From: a virus
Lineage: Duplodnaviria > Caudoviricetes
Direction: 5' to 3' (one strand)
Virus record (IMG/VR): IMGVR_UViG_3300044723_007907
Location: 15,657 to 79,656 of that record
DNA length: 64,000 nucleotides
Of this stretch, positions 46,508 to 57,252 are shown piece by piece. The stretch's first letter is position 1. The number at the start of each line of letters is the position of its first letter. Made by a program: the position numbers and the translations under genes. Below the pieces are notes generated by a model that was not told the origin of the DNA, made no database searches, and saw only the letters and a program-made list of their open reading frames with translations.

Positions 46508-47541
46508 TGAATCAACAATATATAGAGCTATTAAAGGAACTTGTCATTGGGCGTGTTCAAATTTCACGAGTGATTCTCGAGACCGAAGATAGTGGCTATC
46601 AGACGGTGCATGAATATTTCACCATGTGTCCAGATTTGGTTCCACAGGAGTACCATACGATCATCGATGATCAAGTGATGGATGAAAACACAAAAACAAT
46701 CAAAGCGTATGATTGCGTGCGCAAGCAAATAACAGAAATAGAATTGGAATGGATAGTTAAGTCCACACTGTATGGTCATGATCAAGTCAAAGAGGATGAA
46801 TGTGGTAGTTGCTGTGATGAGATCAAAGAGATGAATCAAGCTGAGACAGAAATTATTTGTGAAGGATTGTGTTGTGAGGTGGATGAACTTGAGTGTTGTT
46901 GTGATGAATCTATCGACCGGGCATGCTGTTGCGAGGAGTTGCACCGGCATGGTTTGACAGGTGTAGCGGCGCAAAAATTATTTAAATTCAAAGTTGATAC
47001 TCAATGTATATTGTCTGCACTTGATCACAAATGTGAAGATGAGTTGACTGAAGAGCAGATGGATTGCGCGCGTCATTGTTATATGGATCTGATAAGAGAA
47101 CACCGGGAACAATCATTCGCGGAACTAGATCAATTAGAAGAGGAATCAAAACAAGCTGGAGCAACTGCAGAAGATTTAGAGGATATAAACACCATCAAGC
47201 AGATGTTCAGAGACATACCACAGGATTCAGATTTAACTCAGTATAAAACATTGAATGAATTGCTAGAATTCTGGCCTAGTTTAATGTTACCAAAACCCAA
47301 GAAAGTTTTAGCAAACAACAACATTGAATTTCCTCATGATATAAACGATGTTGAGTATGAACAGTTGGCTGTAAATCGAGAGCAACACATGCAGAAGATG
47401 AGAGAGCAGCAATTGAATGAGATGATAAGATGTTGCTCCAAACAAGATTTACATGACTTGTATATCGAGATCAAGGACGATGACAGTATAGATGACAGTT
47501 TAAAGCTCATTGTTCAAAATACATTAGTGCAAACTGATTAA
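46507..47541 (+). CDS. Acidic protein with a 12-Cys segment; C-half may resemble a fibre assembly chaperone
   Basis: ECGSCCDE...ECCCDE...RACCCEE; FRDIPQ...WP motif; TAATG coupling. Confidence 0.6.
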   Translation: MNQQYIELLKELVIGRVQISRVILETEDSGYQTVHEYFTMCPDLVPQEYHTIIDDQVMDENTKTIKAYDCVRKQITEIELEWIVKSTLYGHDQVKEDECGSCCDEIKEMNQAETEIICEGLCCEVDELECCCDESIDRACCCEELHRHGLTGVAAQKLFKFKVDTQCILSALDHKCEDELTEEQMDCARHCYMDLIREHREQSFAELDQLEEESKQAGATAEDLEDINTIKQMFRDIPQDSDLTQYKTLNELLEFWPSLMLPKPKKVLANNNIEFPHDINDVEYEQLAVNREQHMQKMREQQLNEMIRCCSKQDLHDLYIEIKDDDSIDDSLKLIVQNTLVQTD

Positions 47542-47555
47542 TTGTAGTGTATAAT
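47527..47555 (+). promoter_or_regulatory. Sigma70-type promoter GTGCAA-N17-TATAAT driving the radical SAM island
   Basis: Consensus spacing, 7 nt before GTG 47563. Confidence 0.6.
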
Positions 47556-47562
47556 ATACACA

Positions 47563-48594
47563 GTGAATAGCTGTAATAAATATAGTAACGTATTACTGAA
47601 TAGGGATTATGAGACACCTAGATGCAACAGAGCTCGATTAGATACCGGTACATTTTGTAATTATAATTGTGAGTTTTGTTACTATCAAGGACTTCTCGAC
47701 ATAAGGACTAATTTTGAAGAAATCAAAAACCGGATTGACGTGTTACACGGGTATGGTATAGATGAAGTTGATTTGAGTGGTGGAGAGAGCAGCATACATA
47801 AAAACTGGTTTGAAATATTAACTTATTGTAATGACAGATTTAAACATATAAGCACACTATCAAACGGTTGGGCGTTTGCTCGTGAAGAGTTTTTGACCAA
47901 GAGCAAACAAAATGGACTTAAGGAAATATTATTCAGTGTACATGGTTATGACGAAGAGAGTCACGATTTGATCGTAGGCAGAAAAGGTGCATGGAACAAA
48001 ATTATAAAGGCTATACACAACGCACACGCACATGATATAGTTGTTAGAATCAATTGTACTGTTTATCAAAAAAATATTGACGGTCTCTTGACCTACCATG
48101 AAACTCTTAAAAAACTAAACCCTATTGAAGTTAATTTTTTAACTCTCAATTATTGGACAAACAACTCAAACGCAACTCCTATAAATTATAAACGAGCGAC
48201 AGATAATATTAAGAGCTGTATAGATAAAATTAAAGATCATATAAAATATATAAATGTACGCTACACACCGTTTTGCTATATGGTGGGATATGAATCACAT
48301 GTATGTAATCATTATCAACATATCTATGATAGATATGACTGGAACAAAGAGATATACAACTATGACATTGACGTAAGTAAAGTTTATACACATAAAGAGA
48401 AAATAGATATGGCGTTCGAACAAGCGTATCAAGAACGACAAAAGATGTATACAAAACCAATAGAGTGTATACAATGTAAATATTATAATATTTGTGATGG
48501 TGTTGAAAAACAAGTTACCGGATTTAAACCCCAACCGGTTGCTGGCAAGAAAATATGTGATGTAAATCACTTTCGTCATGGGTTCTATGAATAA
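47563..48594 (+). CDS. Radical SAM protein 1 with SPASM-like Cys tail (HxsC/PqqE-like)
   Basis: CNYNCEFC, LSGGES, ILFSVHG..H..IVG.KGAW, PFC, CIQCKYYNICDG. Confidence 0.9.
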   Translation: MNSCNKYSNVLLNRDYETPRCNRARLDTGTFCNYNCEFCYYQGLLDIRTNFEEIKNRIDVLHGYGIDEVDLSGGESSIHKNWFEILTYCNDRFKHISTLSNGWAFAREEFLTKSKQNGLKEILFSVHGYDEESHDLIVGRKGAWNKIIKAIHNAHAHDIVVRINCTVYQKNIDGLLTYHETLKKLNPIEVNFLTLNYWTNNSNATPINYKRATDNIKSCIDKIKDHIKYINVRYTPFCYMVGYESHVCNHYQHIYDRYDWNKEIYNYDIDVSKVYTHKEKIDMAFEQAYQERQKMYTKPIECIQCKYYNICDGVEKQVTGFKPQPVAGKKICDVNHFRHGFYE

Positions 48595-48597
48595 CAA

Positions 48598-49524
48598 GTG
48601 ATTTTAGATAAATCAGTTGACCTGTACATCTCGATGACATGGCCTCTATCGAACAACAAACATGGTGTGTGTGGTCATTTATTCGAGATATTCGATTACT
48701 ATCTTTTTTTAAAATCGAGGTACAATGTCAAAATATTAATTGGTGAGCCAATGGACATATCGGAGTATATTCAGTCACTCAAAAATAAATACCAAGTAGA
48801 TCAAACTGAAGTAGAACAACTCATCAAGGACACTACGTTTGTTAACAGGCCTAAATATTTAATTGGCAAGAATATTTTATTTGTTGACGGTTTGATTAAA
48901 ACACACTTCCAAGAATACGGTGTTGTTTTAAAATTTGACAATATATTGACCTTCAGGTGTTGCAATAGATGTACACATCATGACTTAAAATATACAAATA
49001 TTACATTACTACAAGACAATAGAATTTATAGTGATAATGATTCTAGCATGTCTATTAATTATGTTAAGAAAATTAATTTTAATAGATATAAGAAGCAAGC
49101 AAGATCACCAGACCAACCTACCGCTCTTATATATGCAACACGAAACTGTAGGTATGTTTCACGTGATCAACTGATGGATATTATCGAGAGTTATTCTTAC
49201 GATAGATATATCATACTCTCTGATCATTTATATAATTTTAACATGTCAGGTTGTTCGGTGATCTCACCACCGGTGAACGGTCTGTTTGATATATTTACGG
49301 ATTATATATACACCCCATTACAAAAGAGATTTGACTGTAGTCCTAGACTACCAGCTGAGTGTGTTTTTTATAATAAAAATGTTATGTACCACGACATAGA
49401 TGATGATTATCTCGAGTCAGACACCGGATTAAAATACCGACGACAAGACATACAAAATAATTTTGATAATATCACACTTGAATTCGACGATGATATCATT
49501 AATATATTAGATGATACCATATAG
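48598..49524 (+). CDS. Hypothetical protein, possibly a divergent GT-B glycosyltransferase
   Basis: Two-domain size; C-terminal FDCSPRLPAECVFYNKNV; cluster context. Confidence 0.4.
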   Translation: MILDKSVDLYISMTWPLSNNKHGVCGHLFEIFDYYLFLKSRYNVKILIGEPMDISEYIQSLKNKYQVDQTEVEQLIKDTTFVNRPKYLIGKNILFVDGLIKTHFQEYGVVLKFDNILTFRCCNRCTHHDLKYTNITLLQDNRIYSDNDSSMSINYVKKINFNRYKKQARSPDQPTALIYATRNCRYVSRDQLMDIIESYSYDRYIILSDHLYNFNMSGCSVISPPVNGLFDIFTDYIYTPLQKRFDCSPRLPAECVFYNKNVMYHDIDDDYLESDTGLKYRRQDIQNNFDNITLEFDDDIINILDDTI

Positions 49525-50053
49525 TATAATCATGCTGTCTTGTGATAAGCCAGTCAGTGGTATCAGACGTAAGATAATGGAGCAACAATTGAGTGAGTAC
49601 AACTATGATATACATTTGAACATATCAGAGACTGGTTGTTCAAATGCTGATGTAGCAAAAGGTCATATCAATATCTGGGATAGTATGAAGAGTGACGAGT
49701 GGTATATAGTTATTGAAGATGATATTATCGTCAATGATTTAAATATACCCTCCAGTGTCGGTAGTAAAATTGACATGATATCACTATATACTCAAGGTAT
49801 ATATCATAGTGAGAGACGCTGTGAACATTATAGTATTATAAAAACATCCCGGGATACAAACATCAAGAATCATGGACTTTGTGGATATTATATACAGTCT
49901 ACATATGCAAAATATCTATCAGATAGATATGATTACAACCAGCCTATCGATCATTATGTGTATGATCATGCGAGAGGTAACCAACTAGTTACAAATAAAC
50001 AACAAGTACAACATAAAAGTGGATGGAGCATAAAATCAAAAGCTTTAGTTTAA
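49511..50053 (+). CDS. Glycosyltransferase, GT25-like
   Basis: GHINIW, YIVIEDD, GLCGYYI...AKYL, PIDHY. Confidence 0.75.
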   Translation: MIPYSIIMLSCDKPVSGIRRKIMEQQLSEYNYDIHLNISETGCSNADVAKGHINIWDSMKSDEWYIVIEDDIIVNDLNIPSSVGSKIDMISLYTQGIYHSERRCEHYSIIKTSRDTNIKNHGLCGYYIQSTYAKYLSDRYDYNQPIDHYVYDHARGNQLVTNKQQVQHKSGWSIKSKALV

Positions 50054-51036
50054 TTAAGACGCCACATTGGCCGGAGTATGATCTTAAAGTTACACTCAAA
50101 CCATGTTTTAGGTGTAATCACAAATGCTGGTTTTGTGAAGAGTATGATAATAAGACTAGGATGTGGTCTAGGGCACAATGTGATTTGGTGATCGATAAGT
50201 TGAGAACCATACCGGAGGATAGGAGGCGTGTGTTTTTTTATTTTTACGGTGGTGAACCTACACTATCAAGTAACTGGGAGTATCTCAATGAAAAGCTAAT
50301 TGAAACTCACAAACATCGAGAGTTGTTTGTGCAAACACAAACAAATTTGAGTTTAACTGAAGATCGTTTACGGTCATTTTTAGATAATATTTGTGCAAAG
50401 AAGAACACAAAGCAAAATATAGATATATGTAGCAGTTATCATCTAAACAAACAACCGGTTGATGAGTTTATCAAGAAGTTGAAAATATGTGAAGAGTATG
50501 GTTGTATGGGTTTATGTTTTTTTAGTACAGAACTACCCAAACGTGACCAAACTATAAGTGAGTTCCAAACATTGATAAATGAATTCCCAGACAAAATCAA
50601 ACTGAGGTTCACAGAAACAGCCAAGCTCACGGAAAAGAATATCAGCGGATATGAGCTGTATCTAGCTGATGATTATCTAGTTGGTGATGATGATGGTAAG
50701 AGCCTGGAGTATAGATATTGGCTTAAGGAATACCCAGAGTGGAGAGAATATTTTGAACAAGGATGGAATTTTGATGTTGACGGTGAAGTGTATAATTTCT
50801 CAGATGTATCTGGTAAGAATATACACATGAAATTTAAATATATGAAATGTGAATGCGGCACAAAAAATGTTGTTATCGATCATTTATTGAACGTGTTTCA
50901 CTGCAACGATGATTTTTATAATAACATCAACTCGATGAAGCTGACTGATATTGACCTCCCCAAGTATATATCAAGAAATGTACGGTGTTTAAATTCTGCA
51001 TGCTATGATGGTCTAGATTTCCGTAAAACTAGATGA
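50023..51036 (+). CDS. Radical SAM protein 2
   Basis: CNHKCWFC, FYGGEPTL, QTN, C-terminal Cys cluster. Confidence 0.9.
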   Translation: MEHKIKSFSLIKTPHWPEYDLKVTLKPCFRCNHKCWFCEEYDNKTRMWSRAQCDLVIDKLRTIPEDRRRVFFYFYGGEPTLSSNWEYLNEKLIETHKHRELFVQTQTNLSLTEDRLRSFLDNICAKKNTKQNIDICSSYHLNKQPVDEFIKKLKICEEYGCMGLCFFSTELPKRDQTISEFQTLINEFPDKIKLRFTETAKLTEKNISGYELYLADDYLVGDDDGKSLEYRYWLKEYPEWREYFEQGWNFDVDGEVYNFSDVSGKNIHMKFKYMKCECGTKNVVIDHLLNVFHCNDDFYNNINSMKLTDIDLPKYISRNVRCLNSACYDGLDFRKTR

Positions 51037-51680
51037 AGCTATCAATTTGTATATTAACACATAATCGCCCAGAATTATTCACTCGAGCGATCAATAGCAT
51101 ACTCTCAAACCATCCGGATGTTGATTACGAGATACGTATCAATAATGACAGTCGTGATATAACGGAAATACCAGGTGATAATATATACTACAGTTATTAC
51201 AAAGACAAAGATCTATCAAATGTTTATAGATATCTATTTGACAGTTCAGTAGGTGAGTATATCTATTATCTAGAAGATGACGACTATATCCACCCGACCT
51301 TTTTTAATAATTTAAATTTTGAGTATGATATAAATTACATGTTATATACATCCGTTGATCATATTACATATTACGGTCCAAAACAGGCAATCAAGAGACA
51401 GAGATTGAATAGACATCTCATGAATGTAACTGATTACAAAACGTTTATTGCTAATTTTAATGACAAATATTTTCAACTCGGGCAAATATTATTTAGAAAA
51501 GATTGTATAGAAGAATTCCCGAGCGGTAATAACTTAAATAACGATTACATATTATTTAGTGAATGTATTAACGTTAACTCAACAATTAAATATATTGACC
51601 GACAGTTATGGACACAAACAACAGACGGAAAGGACAACATCAGTTTCGAGGAGTTGAATAAAGATGAGCGATTTTGTTAA
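51033..51680 (+). CDS. Glycosyltransferase, GT2 family
   Basis: LSICILTHNRPELF..AINSIL; GEYIYYLEDDD. Confidence 0.85.
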   Translation: MKLSICILTHNRPELFTRAINSILSNHPDVDYEIRINNDSRDITEIPGDNIYYSYYKDKDLSNVYRYLFDSSVGEYIYYLEDDDYIHPTFFNNLNFEYDINYMLYTSVDHITYYGPKQAIKRQRLNRHLMNVTDYKTFIANFNDKYFQLGQILFRKDCIEEFPSGNNLNNDYILFSECINVNSTIKYIDRQLWTQTTDGKDNISFEELNKDERFC

Positions 51681-52635
51681 ACATATAGGATATAAAAATT
51701 ATAAAGTCGTAACATTCTGCTGGGATATAACAACGTCTTGCCAATATAGATGCTCTTATTGCTATGCATTACCATGGTTGACAGCTGTTAACAAATTTAA
51801 GTACCCTACAGCATATAAAAATGTATTAAAGAGGTTAGCGATGAGATCGATGCCTGAATTTAATATCGAAATACTAGGAGGTGAACCGCTATTACATGAT
51901 GAAATTAATACGATATTAAAGCAGCTAGTCGCTAATAAAAAATGCAGACAAATAGTACTCAACACAAACATGGTTCGTAAAGACATGAACATAATGTTTT
52001 TCGATAGAGTAAAAATAAGCCCATCATATCACCCGGAGAGTTCCAATCCAGAAATGTTTTGTAGAAAACTCTTACAAATTAAGGAGATAGGTTATGATGA
52101 TGATAATTTACTCGCTAATATAAACATACATAACGATATATGCTATATAGATGATTATCTATATATACTGAAATTTTGCGCAGATAATAAAATTTACGCT
52201 GGTGCAAATTATTTAAACAGTACGTCCAATTATAAGTGTTTATATACAGATGAGTTCTTCAACACATTATATGATGCAGTCTGTAGTCTTGATGTACTAC
52301 CTACCGGTTGGTCCATGGACAAAATAAACTGGCTTGGTGTTTCAAAACACCGACATCCATGGCATGATGATGTACGTATACAGTCTGGTAATGAAGTTAA
52401 GGTTTTCAATATGGGTGAAATCAGAGACCAAAAACTTAATAAATGGAGAGGATATAAATGCTTGCCTTTATTATGGCAAATAAATCCTGACGGTAAAATA
52501 ATAAACGAGTGTACTAACGAACCATTAAAATTGGACAACAGCAATATACTACAACCGGTTGTATGTCCGTGTGATACATGTGGGTGGTCGGATGTACATT
52601 ATAAATCATATAAACATAATGAAGATATCAGGTGA
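51664..52635 (+). CDS. Radical SAM protein 3
   Basis: WDITTSCQYRCSYC, ILGGEPLLH, SYHPE, CPCDTC. Confidence 0.92.
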   Translation: MSDFVKHIGYKNYKVVTFCWDITTSCQYRCSYCYALPWLTAVNKFKYPTAYKNVLKRLAMRSMPEFNIEILGGEPLLHDEINTILKQLVANKKCRQIVLNTNMVRKDMNIMFFDRVKISPSYHPESSNPEMFCRKLLQIKEIGYDDDNLLANINIHNDICYIDDYLYILKFCADNKIYAGANYLNSTSNYKCLYTDEFFNTLYDAVCSLDVLPTGWSMDKINWLGVSKHRHPWHDDVRIQSGNEVKVFNMGEIRDQKLNKWRGYKCLPLLWQINPDGKIINECTNEPLKLDNSNILQPVVCPCDTCGWSDVHYKSYKHNEDIR

Positions 52636-53569
52636 TATAGTTACATCCAGTGGCTTTCCTGATTATAATCATATAGACATATCATGGGACTTAAACAAGG
52701 TTTGTCAATATCGATGTTCATATTGTTTTGTTGATCTTGTGAAAAGAGACGGGACAAATACCAACGGTGCATTCAAGTCTGTTCTCAACAGACTTAGATT
52801 AAACAAAATGCCGGATTTTAATATAACAATTTTAGGAGGTGAACCAACATTACATCCAGAGTTTAAATATATTGTCAAAGATCTTATGAACAATAATAAA
52901 TGTTCACGTCTGGGTGTTGTAACGAACTTGACGAGATCCATAGATTATTATACGGATATACTCATAACAGATAAGATATTTATACTTGCATCATATCACC
53001 CAGAGTTCGCAAAACTAGATGTATTTAAAAACAAGTGTCGATCGATCGCGGATCGGAAAAGCGAGAATTTTAAATGTAGTATCAATTTACACTACAATAA
53101 AATTTACTGGGAGGAGACAATAGAACTGATAGAATTTTTTAAAAATGAAAATATTAATTTCTCACTAAATATTTTATACGATACACGGACCGGTGCTGAT
53201 GTATTATATAACTACACCGATGAATTTTATAAAACTTTCAGTGATTATGATACATATTTCTCTGGTGATGAACATTTCCCTATAATGGGCGGTGGATCTC
53301 CAGACGTAAAAATACCGTATATTACACCAACAAATACTGCATATATCGATATAAAAAATATACGTGAAGATGGATTACATAAGTTTCAAAACTACAATTG
53401 TAGCCCTAGGATGTTTGAAATTGATTACATGGGTGTTTTTAGAAATTCTTGTACAAATGAAATTATAAAAATGACTGCAAATAGTTATGTAAACTGTATC
53501 AAATGCCCGGTTGAGAGTGGATGTAAGTGTATTGAGATGTTGTGTTATCACAAGACAAGCACTATATAA
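52619..53569 (+). CDS. Radical SAM protein 4
   Basis: WDLNKVCQYRCSYC, ILGGEPTLH, SYHPE; start reassigned to ATG 52619. Confidence 0.92.
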   Translation: MKISGDIVTSSGFPDYNHIDISWDLNKVCQYRCSYCFVDLVKRDGTNTNGAFKSVLNRLRLNKMPDFNITILGGEPTLHPEFKYIVKDLMNNNKCSRLGVVTNLTRSIDYYTDILITDKIFILASYHPEFAKLDVFKNKCRSIADRKSENFKCSINLHYNKIYWEETIELIEFFKNENINFSLNILYDTRTGADVLYNYTDEFYKTFSDYDTYFSGDEHFPIMGGGSPDVKIPYITPTNTAYIDIKNIREDGLHKFQNYNCSPRMFEIDYMGVFRNSCTNEIIKMTANSYVNCIKCPVESGCKCIEMLCYHKTSTI

Positions 53570-53570
53570 T

Positions 53571-54518
53571 ATGATGGAATATGTAGAACAATTCCGCATC
53601 CCGGATTTAGAGCGCGTAGTAGGAGCATATGGTGACTCCAGATCATTTAGATTGCATTGGGATATCAATACATATTGCGACAAAGATTGTTTTTATTGTT
53701 ACGCACGGGCTCAACTAGTGTGGAACAAGATGTCAACAAAGTCAGTGTTAGATAACATACTCGCTCAACTAGCTAATAAAAACCAACAACTCGAGATTGT
53801 TTTGCTTGGTGGTGAACCGTCATTACATCCTTTATATTTCTATATATTAGATGAGCTAGAGAAATTACCTAACCTTAAAGCGTCTGCTGTGATATCAAAC
53901 GCTGGACGTAAGGTCAATAATGAGTGGATTGATAAACATGAAAAGTACAAGAATTTTTGGTTTAACTACACATTCCATCCATCCGAAACTCCTGATATTC
54001 ACGCCGGATTTATAGATAAAATTATATACACACGTGAAAGATATGATAATGTAATTGTTAATGTGATGATGGTAGGTGATAAGTGGGATAATCAAATTGA
54101 TGAAGTTTTACGTGTTTGTGATGATAATAACATCATTACTCGAGCAAATGTTCTATTTAAACCCAAGACGTGTGATAATTATATGATAACGAGCGACAGA
54201 TATAGAGAGTGGATCAAGGGTTACACTGACAGATTTGAGAGATATCTATATTTTAGCAAAAATAGCTTACCAAGGAATAGACCGGATAAACAAACACCTA
54301 CAGGCACACAAAGTGTGTATAATGATATAGAAGTTTATCTGTACAACCTAAACAAATTTAAAGGTTGGAAGTGTCTCAATAACAACTATGCAATCGAAGG
54401 TTCTAATAACACAACGATAACGAGAATGTGTGATAACAATCAAAAAGACACATACATGATATGTAACCTTGATAGGTGTGTATGTCAAGGACTATTAACA
54501 AATGAAAAATACATTTAA
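53571..54518 (+). CDS. Radical SAM protein 5
   Basis: WDINTYCDKDCFYC, LLGGEPSLH, TFHPS, KGWKC; start reassigned to ATG 53571. Confidence 0.9.
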   Translation: MMEYVEQFRIPDLERVVGAYGDSRSFRLHWDINTYCDKDCFYCYARAQLVWNKMSTKSVLDNILAQLANKNQQLEIVLLGGEPSLHPLYFYILDELEKLPNLKASAVISNAGRKVNNEWIDKHEKYKNFWFNYTFHPSETPDIHAGFIDKIIYTRERYDNVIVNVMMVGDKWDNQIDEVLRVCDDNNIITRANVLFKPKTCDNYMITSDRYREWIKGYTDRFERYLYFSKNSLPRNRPDKQTPTGTQSVYNDIEVYLYNLNKFKGWKCLNNNYAIEGSNNTTITRMCDNNQKDTYMICNLDRCVCQGLLTNEKYI

Positions 54519-55377
54519 GTGTATTGAATCAACAGATAAAGATCAATTCTGTTTTGAAATACATGTTACGGAGATGTGTAATTACAGTTGTAGTTACTGT
54601 AATTTGAGTCCCATGAACAAGCATAGTAACATAGATTATAATAATATGTTTAAGATAAAGTTACCAGCTGATACACGTGTATTTTTATTAGGTGGTGAAC
54701 CTACCATCGATAAACATTTTTTTGATATAATCGACAAGTGTTATGAGCACGGCTTCAATAAAATCGATATACAAACTAATATGACGTTCGATGCTCATAA
54801 GATGATATCTAGACTAAAAGATTCACAGTGTGATATCAAGTTCTACGGGTCATTTCACATGGAGTATTCTAACATTTCAAAATTTATCGATAAGTGTCTT
54901 GAGCTGAAAAACGCAAACATGTATGGTGGTATACATTTAATGTGGCTAAATCGATTGAATGGTAAGTGTTTATTATACTACAAAATGATGTGTAGTGTTT
55001 TGAATAATATCTCCCTTGAACCTACATTACCTAAATCGCTTGATCCTGTGGACTGGAGAGATAAACAAGAATTGAGAAAATTTATAGAGCTAGGTCATTT
55101 AGATAAATGCTGTAGACTGTCAAATAAAATTAAAGTCGATGGCATGATGACAACGATCGGTGACGCTCTTGTTAATAATACTGAGTTTGATATATTTGGG
55201 AAGAAATGTTCCGCTTCAAGCAACACAATTGTATATTCTGTCAATAAAAATAAATTCTATAACTGTACATTTGATCTATTATATGATAGACCGTTTTCTG
55301 TTGATCAATTTAATAAAGGCTATTGTATGTGTGTCAACCGTATATGCTGCGCTGACCTAGAATTCGATAAGTGGTAA
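54502..55377 (+). CDS. Radical SAM protein 6
   Basis: CNYSCSYC, LLGGEPT, QTN, SFHME, C-terminal CVNRICC. Confidence 0.9.
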   Translation: MKNTFKCIESTDKDQFCFEIHVTEMCNYSCSYCNLSPMNKHSNIDYNNMFKIKLPADTRVFLLGGEPTIDKHFFDIIDKCYEHGFNKIDIQTNMTFDAHKMISRLKDSQCDIKFYGSFHMEYSNISKFIDKCLELKNANMYGGIHLMWLNRLNGKCLLYYKMMCSVLNNISLEPTLPKSLDPVDWRDKQELRKFIELGHLDKCCRLSNKIKVDGMMTTIGDALVNNTEFDIFGKKCSASSNTIVYSVNKNKFYNCTFDLLYDRPFSVDQFNKGYCMCVNRICCADLEFDKW

Positions 55378-55378
55378 T

Positions 55379-56326
55379 ATGTTCACACACGAAAAGATCA
55401 AACAAATTGAGGTTGATATAATAGATGCTTGTGGTTTGCGGTGCCCGGTTTGTTCTAGGAACGATAAGAAAACACTTAATAATCTAAAAAATATCTCGAA
55501 ATTTTTATCACTAGATGAAAATGTACAAATTTTTAATAGATTTCCTAATCTTAAGTGTGTGTCGTTTGTAGGTACCAGATCAGAAAGCACACTATATCCG
55601 TACTTATTAGAGTTTATAAGCTACTTAAAATCACGGAATATAAAAATCGTTATAAGCACAAACGGTAACAGCAGAGATAATGACTGGTGGTGCGAACTTG
55701 GACAGGCACTGCAGGATGTTGATGAAGTCCGGTTTGCAGTAGATGGCTCAACACAAGAAATATACTCACATTATAGAGTCGGTGGTAAACTTAAGAGTGT
55801 GCTTGAACATCATCGTGCTTTAAGAACAAAATCAAAATGTAAAACAACACTACAATTTATTAGATTTAAGTATAATACACATGATATAGAAAATATCAAA
55901 AAACTTAAAACACAATATCAATTTGATAACCTATTGCTTGGACACGGTTCATATACATTCGATGGAAGACAACAAGCATCAAAAAATGAGTTTGTGAATA
56001 GTGATTTTGAGATTAGTGATTATCATCCACCTGAGGATGTTTACAATAAATACAAGCTCATTGAATCCGCATATGGCAAGAGCACTAATACTACTATTGA
56101 GTGTACATCATATAAAAATGATGAACTGTTCATCAATCATCTAGGTAAATATAGTATTTGTTGCTTTCACAACGGCGAGCTTCTACGCAATAATACATTC
56201 GGTGGTGATATGGATTTTGTTAATGATGAGCATAAACACAAAGTCATGAAAAATAAATATATGTTTTGCTTGACCAATTGTAATAAGATATGTAAATCAC
56301 TAATCACAGACCTTGAATATTTATGA
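55379..56326 (+). CDS. Radical SAM protein 7 (distinct Twitch-like subtype)
   Basis: CGLRCPVC, ISTNG, FAVDG...Y..YRVGG, ELFIN..G...CC. Confidence 0.88.
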   Translation: MFTHEKIKQIEVDIIDACGLRCPVCSRNDKKTLNNLKNISKFLSLDENVQIFNRFPNLKCVSFVGTRSESTLYPYLLEFISYLKSRNIKIVISTNGNSRDNDWWCELGQALQDVDEVRFAVDGSTQEIYSHYRVGGKLKSVLEHHRALRTKSKCKTTLQFIRFKYNTHDIENIKKLKTQYQFDNLLLGHGSYTFDGRQQASKNEFVNSDFEISDYHPPEDVYNKYKLIESAYGKSTNTTIECTSYKNDELFINHLGKYSICCFHNGELLRNNTFGGDMDFVNDEHKHKVMKNKYMFCLTNCNKICKSLITDLEYL

Positions 56327-57252
56327 CCAAAAAAATTGCAATTGTATTAGTTATAGAGAATATTGAGAGGTTTTTACAGCAAATTAAATTACTCATCAAA
56401 ACCATACGTTACTACAACCCGGATATATCAATATATGCTATAACCCCTACAAAACATAAATTAACTAATGTAGATCAGCAATGGTTAAAGTCATGGGATG
56501 TGAAATACGTCTTTAATCCTGATACACATGATGCCTGTCGAGGTAAACATATATACACTCATAACGCCATTATGAAACCACAAGTGTGTTCAATAGCCAC
56601 AGATATTATTGATGAGGATTATATTTTATGTCTGGATAATGACGCTATATGCTTGAAATCAATCCCGGAATGTTTTTCTAATCTTGACACATATGTACAT
56701 ACCGTACCTCTTGATAAATTTCAGCACATAAAGTTTGTGGATAAGACATTGCAACAATATTTAACGGATTTCCGAAGCAGCACAAATAAACATTTAAAAT
56801 TACTTAAACATTCTACAATCACAACCAACATATGGCCTACTAGTTGGGTTGTATTTAATCATAAAAACACAACATTCTGGAAAAGGTGGAGGGATTATAT
56901 ATATTCAAATACCATCAGTATAACAACGAATAAACTTCTAGGTAAATATAACTTACAAGAGATTTTATTAGAGCAACTAACTGAGTTGTTTTTGTACGAT
57001 GAATTCATTTCCGACGGAACAGGACATGTAGATAATAGCATATGTCAGTTATGTTATCTTGATATTGCCGGTGTTGATAATCTTGATTGTGTATTCTACA
57101 ACTACGGTGGGTTTGAACAACAAGCATATAAAATAGCTGATATACCGATAGTATCAAGATATATCACCGATCATAATATCACTTTAGATACAAATATTAA
57201 GAACATCGCGCAAATAGATCCAGGTTGGTATTCAAAGCATAACATTAAATAG
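56323..57252 (+). CDS. Glycosyltransferase, GT-A fold (GT8-like)
   Basis: DYILCLDNDAICL DxD motif after MKPQ; N-terminal IAIVLV. Confidence 0.65.
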   Translation: MTKKIAIVLVIENIERFLQQIKLLIKTIRYYNPDISIYAITPTKHKLTNVDQQWLKSWDVKYVFNPDTHDACRGKHIYTHNAIMKPQVCSIATDIIDEDYILCLDNDAICLKSIPECFSNLDTYVHTVPLDKFQHIKFVDKTLQQYLTDFRSSTNKHLKLLKHSTITTNIWPTSWVVFNHKNTTFWKRWRDYIYSNTISITTNKLLGKYNLQEILLEQLTELFLYDEFISDGTGHVDNSICQLCYLDIAGVDNLDCVFYNYGGFEQQAYKIADIPIVSRYITDHNITLDTNIKNIAQIDPGWYSKHNIK

